64,000 nt of DNA, taken from contig OZ024743.1 in the NCBI GenBank assembly GCA_964016885.1, forward strand, positions 220,224,001 to 220,288,000, in the 5' to 3' direction. Below are positions 20,201 to 32,199 of the stretch, piece by piece. The position numbers and the translations under genes are program-made. The DNA comes from Eledone cirrhosa. Its lineage: Eukaryota. Numbering within the stretch: the stretch's first letter is position 1; every line of letters begins with the position of its first letter. The notes beneath the pieces were generated by a model. The model did no database searches. It was not told where the DNA came from and saw only the letters and a list, made by a program, of their open reading frames with translations.

Positions 20201-20651
20201 ACTCTACAGGCATGGAGGTGCCGTCAGCCGGGCATGTCCGAGATGCGCGCAGGGCGACGAAACCGTCCTGCACGCACTCGTCCAGTGTCCGAAAATTGCT
20301 GACTTGTGGGTTTATGTCGAACACCTGCTGTCGCGTTTAGGACGGATCCAGCTATCATCTGAGTCTATCGTGAGGATTGCCCCGCCCTCCTCCTTTAGCC
20401 GGGAAGGGCAGGCAGTTTTTATCTGTCTGGTGGCCATGGCGAAAGAGATAGTATGGTGGACACGTTTGAAAGGGCTGAAGACGAGCACTTACCTCTTCGG
20501 TGATGCTCTGATTGACTTTTTCAAATTTCATTTGAAAAGGAAAATCAGAGTAGAGAAGGAAGTGCTCTCTTTCCAGCATTTTGTTGAAAGATGGGTGAGA
20601 GAAGCAAGAATGGCCCGAGTGAATGGGCCGACTCTGAGTATATATCTGTAA
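17232..20651 (+). CDS. ORF2 of unit D (APE-RT-ZnF), 1139 aa
   Basis: Same motifs as unit B, intact. Confidence 0.97.
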   Translation: MTSLRIGSINARGLGSSWKQGHLLNDLRSLNIDVVAISETRISEARAFAPIFGGYDVYASPSRPGSGGGVAVLFRRGLDLAIRAIFLDPEGKLVVLDVTSGDGQAFRLVAVYAPTGAGRPDFFRRLETFLGTSRSLVLVGDWNGILDARWDCVGLADRGGGCKSLTNLLRRFELSDRYRLDFPNVPMWTWTNRIGSSRSYLDRVFCREIDRSSIGCPQFKIVSYTDHKFVTCVLDLDRLHRRGPGYWKLNASLPARKAYRDRISELVKRALTGAIVNNKWWFALKRAIRIESIRFSKALAIEKNRAEGELVRKLDEALSKGIATDVLAAKLALDQFFNAKHEGCVVRARVRALRHEGTKAVQWARVAEARRGNKATIRSLVDHDGRMLLDPGQMCEAFQRHFAQLFGGSGGPGRGMDFSVYLDGLPRLSATEAKCCEKPITAAEVREAMTGCTRGKSPGLDGLPYELYVQMPDLFGGLLADVYCNWQQNGRIPSSVSRGAVALLRKDPNKGDNIENFRPITLLNTEFKILAKVLAKRLALVVGGLVGEAQTCAIPDRSIHDNLHLMRYIVERVAREPGTGGSLINLDQSKAFDRVDHRYLAAVLRAAGFGPVFRGWIAAMHSDICSVVRVNGHLSEPFNIMRSVRQGCPLSSLLYVLTLEPLLHKLETLRGVPRELGCGRSVSAYADDVTVVVSNAKHIEAIGTTLREYEAVTGAMINQEKSVGLQLGTWRGRSMPSNSVVGRWTDGPVKLLGVWFGPDLQTDKNWDEVTSRVASLTQKWAERKLSLKGRAEVANAYIASVICYRLTVVPCPKPRLTALERLLFRFLWKGRAPMVRRSICCQHPLRGGLGMPWLMMRRHALRLRHLHLFLDGDQVWSPFARRVFPQLVSLTELQSWVKRRPRGSAWRLECLQALTALDQSGNVIGGNSTSAFYRGLVEGKSDDVLGETLGVDENQLANLFGRTFGPGPMDNFQKSLAWQCYRGALPVRDKLYRHGGAVSRACPRCAQGDETVLHALVQCPKIADLWVYVEHLLSRLGRIQLSSESIVRIAPPSSFSREGQAVFICLVAMAKEIVWWTRLKGLKTSTYLFGDALIDFFKFHLKRKIRVEKEVLSFQHFVERWVREARMARVNGPTLSIYL

Positions 20652-20911
20652 ACTAAAGGTGGAAAACTGGGAGAGGGCACTTGCCTTGGTGGTCAGGGTC
20701 ATTGTGGCTTTTTACTGGGCTTTCTCCACAAATGTCCCTCCGAAGTCTCCCCCCTATTGGGGAATTTTTCATTGTTATTTTCATTGTTATTTTTGTTACA
20801 TCCTCTGTTTTTGTTTTTTTACACGCAGAAATGCCCATTTGTACCGTCCTGCATTGTCCTGCACTGTCCTTAATGTCTACTTTATGTAAACCCTTGTGGT
20901 TAATAAAGAAA

Positions 20912-20961
<50 letters not shown>

Positions 20962-21083
20962 GTTATTAATGTATGTGTGTATATATGTGTGAGTGTATGT
21001 GTATGTATGTGTGTGTGTATATATGTATGTATGTGTATGTATGTGTGTGTGTATATATATGTGTATATATATATATGTGTATA

Positions 21084-21116
<33 letters not shown>

Positions 21117-21146
21117 CTTTTCCCTTTTTTTTTTTTTTTTTTTTTT

Positions 21147-21194
<48 letters not shown>

Positions 21195-21213
21195 TTTTTT
21201 TTTTTTTTTTTTT

Positions 21214-21256
21214 ATTGTGCAATGGCCATACTCGATAACGAGGGGGCAGCCATCAT
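21214..21256 (+). mobile_element. 3'-terminal stub of a non-autonomous RTE-like family
   Basis: GTGCAATGGCCATACTCGATAACGAGGGGGCAGCCATCAT matches the 3' end at ~57894-57933. Confidence 0.7.
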
Positions 21257-21345
21257 ATACATATATAGAAACTGCTAAATGTGTGGCTGCCTTCTTGTCT
21301 CTGCCTTTTCAGCCCCATGGATTATATTCTTTTATTAAATTTCGA

Positions 21346-21403
21346 ATACCTGATGATGTCACCGGAGTCATACTGAACCCGGTTATTGAAATGTTCATAG
21401 TAT
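21346..21403 (+). ncRNA. Type I hammerhead ribozyme motif in a Penelope-like terminal repeat remnant (~21300-21450)
   Basis: ATAC-CTGATGA-[stem II with ACCGG/CCGGT]-GAAA-TGTTC-ATA-GTAT, followed by AATAAA and (TA)n. Second copy on the minus strand at 62215-62272. Confidence 0.7.
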
Positions 21404-21446
21404 AATAAATCTTTAAGGAATTACACCAGTCCAGCCTCCTGTTATT

Positions 21447-21528
<82 letters not shown>

Positions 21529-22124
21529 TATATACATATATACATATATACATACGCATGTGTGTATTGTATATATATATGTGTATGTATCAATGTATGT
21601 ATGTATTTATGTACCTATCTATCTATCTATCTATCTATATATCTATCTATCTATCTATCTATCTATATATATATATCTATCTATCTATCTATCTATCTAA
21701 CTATCTATTTATCAATCGATCAATCGATACTTCAATCTATCGATCTCTTTATCTGTCGATGTCTCTATTTTCCTCTCTGTCTCTACCACTGTGTTTTTTT
21801 ATTGTTTTCTGTGGTGGTTGTACACGAAAGTGCCAATTGCTTAGAATTTACACAAGCATTCAGTTGACAATATGGCTTGGCATGTTGTAATGGATATCCT
21901 TTCTATATTGTTTGCCTTCGACAAAACTTCCGGTTGCAACGAGGATAAAAAAACGTCCATTTTATTTTATCTTCATTGTTTTTTCAAATAATGACTCGTA
22001 CACACACACACGTATAAACATACATACACACATACATATGCGCATACATATACACATGATACATGCATACATACATGCATATATACATACATACATATAT
22101 GCATACATACATACAATCATAAAT

Positions 22125-22166
<42 letters not shown>

Positions 22167-22464
22167 CATGCATACATACATGCAAGCATCCATACATGCA
22201 TACATACATATTTATATGCATACATACATGTATTCATTCATACATACATATATTCATACATACATACATACCTGCATACATACATATATACAAACATACA
22301 TACGTAAATGTGTACATACATACATACATATATACATACATATATACATACATATATACATATATACATTCACCCATCCGTACTTACATACACACACGTA
22401 TACATACATACACACACTCTTCTTTTATCATGCGTACGATTACCCTCCTTCTTCCTCTCTTCGT

Positions 22465-22601
<137 letters not shown>

Positions 22602-22669
22602 TGCACACACACCGAGGCGCACTCACCCATCCACCCAAACAGTCTCTCACACAAATACATACACATGCA

Positions 22670-23135
22670 AACATACACACACGCATACATATACACACAG
22701 ACAAAACCAATACATACACACACGCATACATATACACACAGACAAAGACAATACATACACACACGCATACATATACACACAGACAAAAACAATACATACA
22801 CACACGCATACATATACACATAGACAAAAACAATACATACACACTTGCAAACATATACAGACAGACAAAAACAATACATACACACACGCATACAGATACA
22901 CACAGACAAAAACAATACATACACACACGCAAATATATAGACACAGACAAAACCAATACATACACACACGCATACATATACACACAGACAAAAACAATAC
23001 ATACACACACGCATACATATACACACAGACAAAACCAATACATACACACACGCAAACATATACACACAGACAAAGACAATACATACACACACGCAAACAT
23101 ATACACACAGACAAAAACAATACATACACACACAC
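22670..23135. repeat. 41-bp minisatellite, about 11 copies
   Basis: Unit ACACACAGACAAAA(A/C)CAATACATACACACACGCATACATAT. Confidence 0.85.
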
Positions 23136-23388
23136 TCTCTCTTCTCTCTCACTTTCTCACATACATACGCACACGCACATACATACATACGCACACAGAC
23201 ATACACAAGCACAAACATATATACACACAAATACACAGAAAGATAAAAACAATACACACACACTATTCTACCTACAGACGTATAGACAATTGTATAAGGA
23301 ACTTACAAGAGTCACCAACAAAGCATATCACTAATCCAATATGTATGTATGTATATGTATGTATGTATATATGTATGTATGTATGTAT

Positions 23389-23998
23389 GTCAGGTCACCA
23401 GTTGGTGCAACTGGTAACATGTGTCCCAGTACAACCTGTCTCGTGGTCGGGTCGTTGGCGACTAAACTGGCAACCCCACCAAGGTTTCTTGGTGAGGAGG
23501 GTGACTTTGGACATCCTGCAGGACTAAAAACAAAACCTGTCAAAGGGCAAAGGAGCTCTTAAGAGTCAATGGCCATCCAAAATCACCGGGAGGGATGACC
23601 CCTTAGCCTTTGTCAAGGCAGAATTCTAGGAGAAGGAAAACTCTGATATAACACCTGCAACCCTGATGGTATCCAATGATGTTGACTTGTTCTTCTTTTT
23701 GGTAAATATAATCTTCGTTAAGAGAGTGGGACTGGCTTTGTGCAGTGCCTTTGCTCACTATAAAAGCTTCACGGCACAGGCATTGCTTTATATCTGGAGA
23801 TCTCTCTGCACTTGTCATCACATGGTACCATGGGCTCAGCACTATGTGTCAATAATTGTCACAAGTGTAGTGTTTGTACCAGAGTTTTGAAGTCGCTGGC
23901 TGGACTAAAAAGTCACACTCGTTCAGTGCATCGGTAGGGGTTCTCCTACATGGATATAAAGTAGTGGCCGTACTCGAAAACGAGTTGGCAGCCACCAT
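23389..23998 (+). mobile_element. ~600-bp non-autonomous RTE-like retroelement, family 1, flanked by (TATG)n
   Basis: Five copies in the window. Contains CTAGGAGAAGGAAAACTCTGA, which I recognise from RTE-clade 5' UTRs; 3' hairpin CTCGAAAACGAG; (ATGT)n tail. Confidence 0.75.
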
Positions 23999-24005
23999 AT
24001 GTATG

Positions 24006-24039
<34 letters not shown>

Positions 24040-24060
24040 TGTATGTATGTATGTATGTAT

Positions 24061-24650
24061 GTCAGGTCACCAGTTGGTGTTACTGGTAACATGTATCCCA
24101 GTACAACCTGTCCCATGGCGGGTCGTTGGCGACTAAACTGGCAACCCCACCAAGGTTTCTTGGTGAGGAGGGTGACTTTGGATATCCTGCAGGAATAAAA
24201 ACAAAACCTGTCAAAGAGCAAAGGAGCTCTTTAAGTGTCAATGGCCATCCAAAATCACCGGGAGGGATGACCCCTTAGCTTTTGTCAAGGCAGAATTCTA
24301 GGAGAAGGAAAACTCTGATGGTATCCAATGATGTTGACTTGTTTTTCTTTTTGGTAAATATCATCTTGGTTAAGAGAGTGGGACTGGCTTTGTGCAGTGC
24401 CTTTGCTCACTATAAAAGCTTCACGGCACAGGCATTGCTTTATATCTGGAGATCTCTCTGCACTTGTCGTCACATGGTACCATGGGCCCAGCACTATTTG
24501 TCAATAATTGTCACAAGTGTAGTGTTTGTACCAGAGTTTTCAAGTCGCTGGCTGGACTAAAAAGTCACACTCGTTCAGCGCATCGGTAAGGGTTCTCCTA
24601 CATGGATATAAAATAGTGGCCGTACTCGAAAACGAGTTGGCAGCCACCAT
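24061..24650 (+). mobile_element. Non-autonomous RTE-like family 1, tandem second copy
   Basis: Close match to 23389-23998 with a short internal deletion; separated from it by (TATG)n. Confidence 0.75.
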
Positions 24651-25002
24651 ATATGTATGTATGGAAGTATGGATGTATATGTAAGTATGTATGTATTTAT
24701 TAAGTATGTATATATATATATGTATATATATATATATGTATATATATATATGTATATATATATGTATATATATATATGTATATAAATATGTATATATATT
24801 TATTTATTAAAATTTATTAAAATAACAGATTAAACTTTAAACAAAGAATCGCTGCTTTCCCCTTAACGGGATCTTCTGAAACTAATAAAAACAAATAAAT
24901 ATTTGCTCTACGGTTCTTATATATTTGATATATATTTATCCTTATCGAGCCTTCTTTGGATTTTAGTCTTCACATTTATTATTATTACTATATATATATA
25001 TA

Positions 25003-25210
25003 GTGACACAGAGGAAACTGTGGTTAGCTGGACATGCCCACCGACATCCAGAGTTGGACACACTGGAAGAGGAAGACCAAGGTTAACGTATGTTGATGCC
25101 CTAAGGACAGACACTGGTCTGTTGGAGACGCAGGACATGGCAGCGATAATGAGGGACAGAGACCGCTGGAGAGAACTCGTCCATGGATCTCGGAAATTTT
25201 ATCCGCCCTA

Positions 25211-25211
<1 letters not shown>
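25003..25211 (+). mobile_element. 3' end of an RTE-clade LINE (5'-truncated)
   Basis: [13 protein letters not shown]...[11 protein letters not shown], a typical RTE C-terminal signature. Confidence 0.75.
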
Positions 25212-25264
<53 letters not shown>

Positions 25265-25843
25265 ATATATATATGTGTGTGTATGCATATATGTATTTAT
25301 GGATGTATATATATGTATGTATGCATGTATGCATGCATGTATGTATGTATGTATATATATACGTATCTTTGTATGTATATATATATGTATGTATGCATAT
25401 TTGGATGTATGGATGTATATATATGTTTGTTTATATGTATGTATGTATGTATTATGTATGTATGTATTATGTAGGTATGTATGTAGGTTATGTGTGTGTG
25501 CGTTTGTGTGTTCCACTGTACACGTGTGCACAGATACGTTTATGCACAAACATACGTACACACGTGCAGACTCCCACGCAAAACGTATTTGTGTGTGTGT
25601 GTGCGTGCGCATGTGTGTGTTTATGTGATTAAAACGAATGGAAGAAAAAGCACTCAATACATATTATAGAGTGTAGTCATTAGGTATACACTAGCTACTT
25701 ATATGACATCAACCAAATGAGTTATCTATATATATCAGTGTATATATATCTATATATATCAGGGTGGAAGCATTCCTGAATCGGGATGATGTGGGGTGGG
25801 GATTGCAAATTTGGACAATTTAGCTAAAGCGATTAGTTTAACT

Positions 25844-25915
25844 CAGGGGCGCGCAACAGGCGGCCCGCGGGCCACAATCCAGTCCGGCAGACCAGTCAGT
25901 CCGGCCCGCGATGAC
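25844..25915 (+). mobile_element. hAT-like DNA transposon terminal fragment
   Basis: CAGGGGCGCGCAAC...CGGCCCGCGGGCCACA...CCGGCCCGCG resembles hAT/Charlie MITE ends. Confidence 0.5.
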
Positions 25916-26287
25916 CGTTTTTAATTTTTACTTTGTAGGCTTATTTAGAATAAAAGTGGCCAGCCAATGGAATATGTTGCACACCCCTGTTGCACACCCC
26001 AGGAGTGAAAACCCTGGTTTAGCTCTTTTCACTCTAAAATCGCCAGAAAACTTCGATATACGATAAACATAACATGTCCATAAATTGTAGAGCATATCCA
26101 AATAGATGTGTGTTTGGTAGTTTGGGGAGAAAATATAACTGTTGGAGGGGGGTATACCCCCTCCCAAGTTTCACCGCCACTGTATATATGTAATTAAAAA
26201 AAGATATGCTCTCTGTCTTTTTCTAAGAGGTTAATATATCGAGCTTCTTCGCATTTTGTAAGAAACTGGTACCCAATTTATTCACCG

Positions 26288-26325
<38 letters not shown>

Positions 26326-26326
<1 letters not shown>

Positions 26327-27040
26327 GAGGTGTGTCAGAAAAGTTCCAGGACTGATGTCACAAAAGATTTATTTCAAACCCAAACTTTACACTAAGAGTT
26401 TTCTCCTTCAAAGTAATCCCCCTGGAGTATGTAACTGTAATCTTAGCTCTCTGCAGCGATTAAACTTTTTTCTTCATAATTGTATATACATGTCCTCTGT
26501 TTCAGGTCGTCAAGCAATGAGCACAGAGCAACGAACAAACTTGAAAACTCCGTCAGAAGCACTGGGATTGCTGCAGCATGTGTATGGAGATGAAACGATG
26601 TCACGCTCACGTCTTTTTGAGTGGTGCAAGAGGTTTAAAGAAGGACGCGAGGGCGTGGCAGATGACCCGAGGAGCAGAAGACCCTCAACAACCAGGACTG
26701 AGGTCAACGTTGAGAGCGTCAGGCAGATGGTGCGTAGCGATCGTCGGCTAACTGTTCGACTGATGGCAAATGAGCTGGGCATGAATCGGGACAGCGTCTG
26801 GAATATTCTCACTGAAGATTTGGACATGCGGAAAGTCTGCGCGAAGATGGTGCCAAAACTGCTGAACGATGACCAGAAGGGTCGACGCATGCAAGTGGAT
26901 CATCCTCGAGCGTCTTGAAACCGAACCAGACTTGCTAGGGACAGTCATCACAGGTGATGAGTCATGTATCTTCGAGTACGACCCGGAGGGGACCTGTTTT
27001 GAAGACGTGGGAGACATCAAAAGGCCGTGACGACGGTATT
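26326..27040 (+). mobile_element. Degenerate mariner transposon (left TIR plus internally deleted transposase pseudogene)
   Basis: TA|CGAGGTGTGTCAGAAAAGTTC terminus; HTH region FEWCKRFKEGR...PRSRRPS; MVPKLL (WVPHEL-like); frameshifted ITGDES (first catalytic D). Confidence 0.88.
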
Positions 27041-27614
27041 GAGTTTTCATTCTTACGTCCGTCAATAACTCACGTACTCCCAGATCTTGAATAATTGTCC
27101 GCACCCCACCGCTTATTAATTTGTCAGACCCCCCGATTTTTTTCCACTCCCACACTCCATCCGCTTATTAAATTTTGCTAATCTATCTCCGGTGAAATTT
27201 TATTGTGATTCATATTGATACAGCAGCAGGAGAACCTTATAATTATTTTATTTTACATAAAAAAACCATTATATATGAAAAAAGAACATTACAAGAAATC
27301 ATATTTACGAACGTACACTAAACAATTACTGATTTCCCATGCCCCCTCCCTCGCATTATTGCCACCCCCTATTATTTGGGACCCGAGAGTGCCATCAAAC
27401 TCTGCTCTCTATGTCTATCACACAAAACCCTCTTTTAATCCCCCTCTCTATATCTACTAAAATCAAACTCTACCCCTCTCTATATCTACCACGACACCGC
27501 CTCTCTTATCCCACTCTCTATATCTAAGACTAATACACTCTCTCACTCTCTATAAATATCTACACTTATCTCTCCCAATCCCCCTCTGTATATCAATCAC
27601 CCTTAAACTCTCAC

Positions 27615-27755
27615 CCTTTCTTGGCACCAGTGACGTCGCAACTCATTTCTACAGCTGAGTAAGCAGGAGCAATGTGAAATAAAGAACACAACGCAAATCC
27701 GGTCCGAGAATCGAACTCACAACCTCGCGATTGTAAGCACGACGCTCTAACCACT
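27615..27755 (-). mobile_element. tRNA-derived SINE fragment
   Basis: Minus strand has A box (TAGTGGTTAGAGCG) and B box (GAGTTCGATTC). Confidence 0.7.
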
Positions 27756-27853
27756 AAATATATATGCGCATATATGTATGCCTGTTTATATATGAGATAT
27801 GCATAGACATTTGTATTTATGTACATATACACAAACAAATAAACGCAACACAG

Positions 27854-27892
<39 letters not shown>

Positions 27893-28254
27893 TATATCTT
27901 TTTTCTTTTTCAGATTCTCCCCTATCGCTCTCTAGTAATGTATTTATTCACTCTATCCATCTATTTATTTCCCCTTCTTCTCTCTGCATCTCTTACAATC
28001 ACACTCATAAGCAGCATATGTTTGTGTGAGTGAGTTTATTATTTCTAACTCCTCATTTATTATTCTGTTTAATTTCACATTCAATATTAGAAACATTCCT
28101 GAACTTTCCACCATATATGAAGCTATGTTGACTCAAACAATTTACTCTACTGCAAGTAAAAGAGTTAAAAAGTGACAAAACAACAGCTACTCACCATTAA
28201 TTAGCGTACAACATCGTAGACCTCTACTACAAATAACCGAGAACATCTGCTATA

Positions 28255-28480
28255 AAATGGTTTCTGATGTAGACACAAGGTCAACAATTTTGGGGCAGGT
28301 GAAAGTCAATTAAATCAACTCCAGTGCATTATTGGTGCTTTATTTTATCGACCCTGTAAGGATGAAAAGCAAAGCTAACTCCAGCGGGATTTGAATTCAG
28401 AATCTAATCTAAAGGGCCATAACTCTATGCCACTAAGTATGTTGTCCGACGCTCTACCGATTCTGCCAATCCACCGCCTT
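28255..28480 (-). mobile_element. tRNA-derived SINE, same family as 35581-35772
   Basis: Reverse-complement similarity, including GGCGGTGGATTGGCAGAATCGGTAGAGCG and TTTCATCCTTACAGGGTCGATAAAATAAA. Confidence 0.8.
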
Positions 28481-30156
28481 TTAACATCTGCTATATAATG
28501 ACGTTTTGAATTTCCATAAGATTAATTGTTAACCATTTCAAGAACTGTAGAATGGAATGGAATTTATATACGCCGCCTTTGACTATGAGTATTCCACTTG
28601 TTCGATAAACTAATCAGGATGCTTATGAAATGAACGTGTAATTGGCTGAACATTCCTCAGACACGTGTACTCTGGAAATATAGCGTGACACAATGTGCGA
28701 CAAAGCTGTCCCTTTGAGTTACAGCTCCCGTCTACCCAATTTCCCTCACAAGGCACAGGCCAACCGGTGGCAATAGTAAATAACACTCAAGATGCCAGAC
28801 AGTGGGATGAAACTAATGATTGAAAAGCAAACTTCTTAACCATTTGACCAAGTTGAGTCAATTGAAGAACTTCACCCCAACAGAGAAGCTGCCATTTAGT
28901 TTCGTATTCTCGAGTATTAAACACATGCAAATTATTAATGTCAATAGGGAGCCCGTACAAATAACTTTCTCATAAGAAATGCGGGTGATGAGAGCCAACG
29001 AAACTCTTTCTAGTTTTATAATTACAACAGTCTCATAACAAGCGTCTTAAGCGCTTTTTCTCTTCTTGAAGAAAACTCTCATGACATTTGTAAAACATCA
29101 GATAGACGTTGTTTCGTGTTTCCGAAGGACAGAATGACGAATGCGTTACTTCGGAAGATAGCGAGAGAAGTGCACCGAAAAAGCCAGTCTTGGTCTCGGG
29201 AATCGTTCTTGCGGGTGATCATCTTCATCACAATCACAGTGAGTAGAGAGGTGGTTCATTGACTCAGGTCACCTGATGTTTCGACCACTACCGACGATAA
29301 ACCTACCGGAGAGCGACAGCTACATTGATAGTTCTGCCGCTAATTACAGTAATACCTTATAACCATTTTGTGGCACCTACTTACATATCATCCACCGTCA
29401 ATGCAAATTCACTGTTTATTAATTTAGAAATCGTTGTTTTATCAGATTATTCAATTATTGGTTTCTCTTGATTATATACAATATGTAAAGAGTGAAGAGT
29501 TATTAAATCCGCAATAAACACAGATGAAAGAAAAAATAATTCAATTCGTAACCCTTTATTTCGATAAGTATTGATGAGGAAATCAAAATTTCACAGTGTA
29601 GTATGAATATATGTAATAAGAACGTTTTTGAAAATGGAACTTGTTCTTCAAAGCTGTTTGAAATCTAATTTACATGTATTCCTCTTCTCACTCTCTATCT
29701 CTCTATTGCATCTTTTATTTCTCATTCTATCTTCCGACGAAAAATTAGTGTCTAAAACATTAACACTTTTTCTTATAATTTCAAGCGTTAAACTAATATA
29801 TTTCTATATTGAACTGTGTTGTTTGCTTTGTTATTTTAATTTTATTTATCACATATATTTGTATATATATATAAATGTTTATATATAACAAATCGTTGTA
29901 GGTACATATATACGTAAGTATATCGATATATATAAAGGTGTCCAATACAACATTTGCCCAATGAATGAATTAACTTAATCATTAATCAATTAGTAAGAGC
30001 ATTATAAATTAATAATAGATAAAATAATTCAGATAAAAATGACCTCAAAATACTTCTTGATTTTGTAATATTTAAGCTGGTCTTAGGGACGAAACTGCAG
30101 TCGGAATCAATAAGTATTTTAAGTAGTTTCTTTATCTTAATTACTTTACCTATTAA

Positions 30157-30218
<62 letters not shown>

Positions 30219-30223
30219 GTATA

Positions 30224-32159
30224 CAGTGGCGGACTGGCCAGGTTGCCCAATAGCAAGTGGGCCTCAGGGGGCCCACGGTAGCATTGCAGGACCCACTGTA
30301 GTATTTTAGGGGCCAATGCTTAGCTTTCAAAAAATACCTGGTCTAAGAGGAAGAATAATTTAAAAAAAAAAGTAAATAAAACAATTAAGCAAAGCATTTG
30401 GTCAACGACATCACATCATTTTGTATTGTAAATTTTGAAAGTAGGTTTATAAGTATGAATTTTCATAAGTATTGCGTAGCTGTCTCAGTGGCCCAGCGGT
30501 AGGAACTGGAGACGGTGCAGATCGTGTCATTGAGTTCAATCCTGGTTAAAAGATGCATGTAATCTTATTTTATCTATGGGATGTAAAATAAAAACTGGAA
30601 AGGTTTAGCGGGTACCCTACTCCCGACCAGGATCGAACTTCAGACTAGGCCACCGAGACAGCTACGAAAGTATAATGAAAATTAATAATTATAAACCTAC
30701 TTTCAAAATCAAAGTTAAAAGATGTGGTGTCGTTCATGGCTTTCCTAGAGCCACTACTCATATTTAGGGTTGACTTGTCAATCTTCTGGCCCTTTGGTAA
30801 CAATCTTATTATTCATATATGTGTTTAACTGTTCAATTAATTTAATTTGATTATTTTAACAAATGAATTATATATATATATTTATATATATATATATTTA
30901 TATATATATTTACACATATATATAACTGTAGTTGTGTGTGTGTCCTCATTTTTGCAAAGTCTATACAAATCCACATTTCTACTCCGATTGACTTCAAACT
31001 TGCATTTATAAATTCCTTGCGGTCTAAAGATATTAACTGCAGCTTTTACTTTTCAATTTTCTGTTGTTAAAGGGGTGTTAGGGGCCGGTTATCGATCTCC
31101 GCCGCGCCCTTATAATATCTGTCTGTATGTCTGGCTGTCTACATTACGACATTATAACAAACATTGATGACGTATTATGTTCGCTATTTTCCGTTCATTG
31201 CCAGGGAACGTCTTCACGAACCAAAGTGTCATCTTCCTGTTTTCCTTCAGTTTTCGAAATATTTACTTCTGCGTTCACAGACTGATTTTTTTAGTTTCAG
31301 AAGATCCCGTTAAGGGTGAAAACAGCGATTCTTTGCTTAAACTTTAATCTGTTATTTTAATATATAATATAAGCGAGGCAAGCCAACCCAGTTGCCACTT
31401 CTTGCCAATAAACATTAACCCTTTGTGCGCCATTCATCTAACTGTAGGCCAACAAATACCAACTAAACGGAGCGTTGACAAGAACGATGGCGAATGAATC
31501 TTCGAGGTAAGCAGTCCCCCCCCCCCCCGAGCTGTTAATTCACGCGGGATTCTCTGCTACACCTTTTCGTAATAATACCGAACAACGTACTGCTGGTCAC
31601 TCCTTCCTCCAAAAGCGGACATGTGCATCGGGCAGATGGATCTGGTGCAAATCTACACCAGGCCTACGCGAGAAATTCGCAAGGAACTGCACCGACAGGG
31701 ATAGAGAGAAAGAGTAACTTAGTGACAAGAGTGCGAATGAACGTTTGAGGTAAGTAGCCTACGCCTTACTGCTATTGCACTGGAACCTTCTACCAACTTA
31801 ACCTGTGATTTTCTCTTTCACATTTACTCCAATAGGCCAAAACAGAGGAGTATGAAAAGAAGGGGCTCAACAATATTTCTATGAACAATGCACGTAGACA
31901 GCTAAACTGTACTTTCAACTTCTTAATTTTCTCCAAATAAAACAAGTTTCCTGTCGGTATATTTTCGTGAGTTTTTAACAGGCAAATAAACGTTTCTCAT
32001 TGGAGGTGCTATTACCAATGTTCTTACCCGTGCAACGCCGGGATACACTGCTAAGTATATATATATATAATGCCAATCATTGTAAGTTTGAATCTGACAT
32101 GCAAACACACATATATATATATGAATAAGGTAAGCCCAAATCATAGTAGATTCAAATAT

Positions 32160-32199
<40 letters not shown>

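Larger units (their letters stand above)
14887..20967 (+). mobile_element. Full-length Tx1/L1-clade retrotransposon, unit D (last in the array)
   Basis: Same organisation; AATAAA at 20902-20907; nearly pure (ATT)n tail at 20914-20967, then microsatellite-rich flank. Confidence 0.95.

Noticed and set aside
1-20967. Telomeric retrotransposon array
   Set aside because: No TTAGGG-type repeats at the junctions, and chromosome position cannot be seen from this window.
158-20992. Short antisense and alternate-frame ORFs repeated in each array unit
   Set aside because: Shadows of ORF1/ORF2 and the UTRs; they recur only because the units are near-identical.
22670-23135. CRISPR-like array
   Set aside because: Contiguous 41-bp units without unique spacers, eukaryotic context and no cas genes.
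23389-23480. HDV-like ribozyme at the 5' end of the RTE-like family (CCAGT...CTAAACTGG)
   Set aside because: P2 and J4/2 look plausible but P1 and P3 could not be arranged in the required order.
23603-23890. Recurrent 70-90 aa ORFs in the 600-bp repeat
   Set aside because: No recognisable domain; they recur because the repeat recurs, and stops vary between copies.
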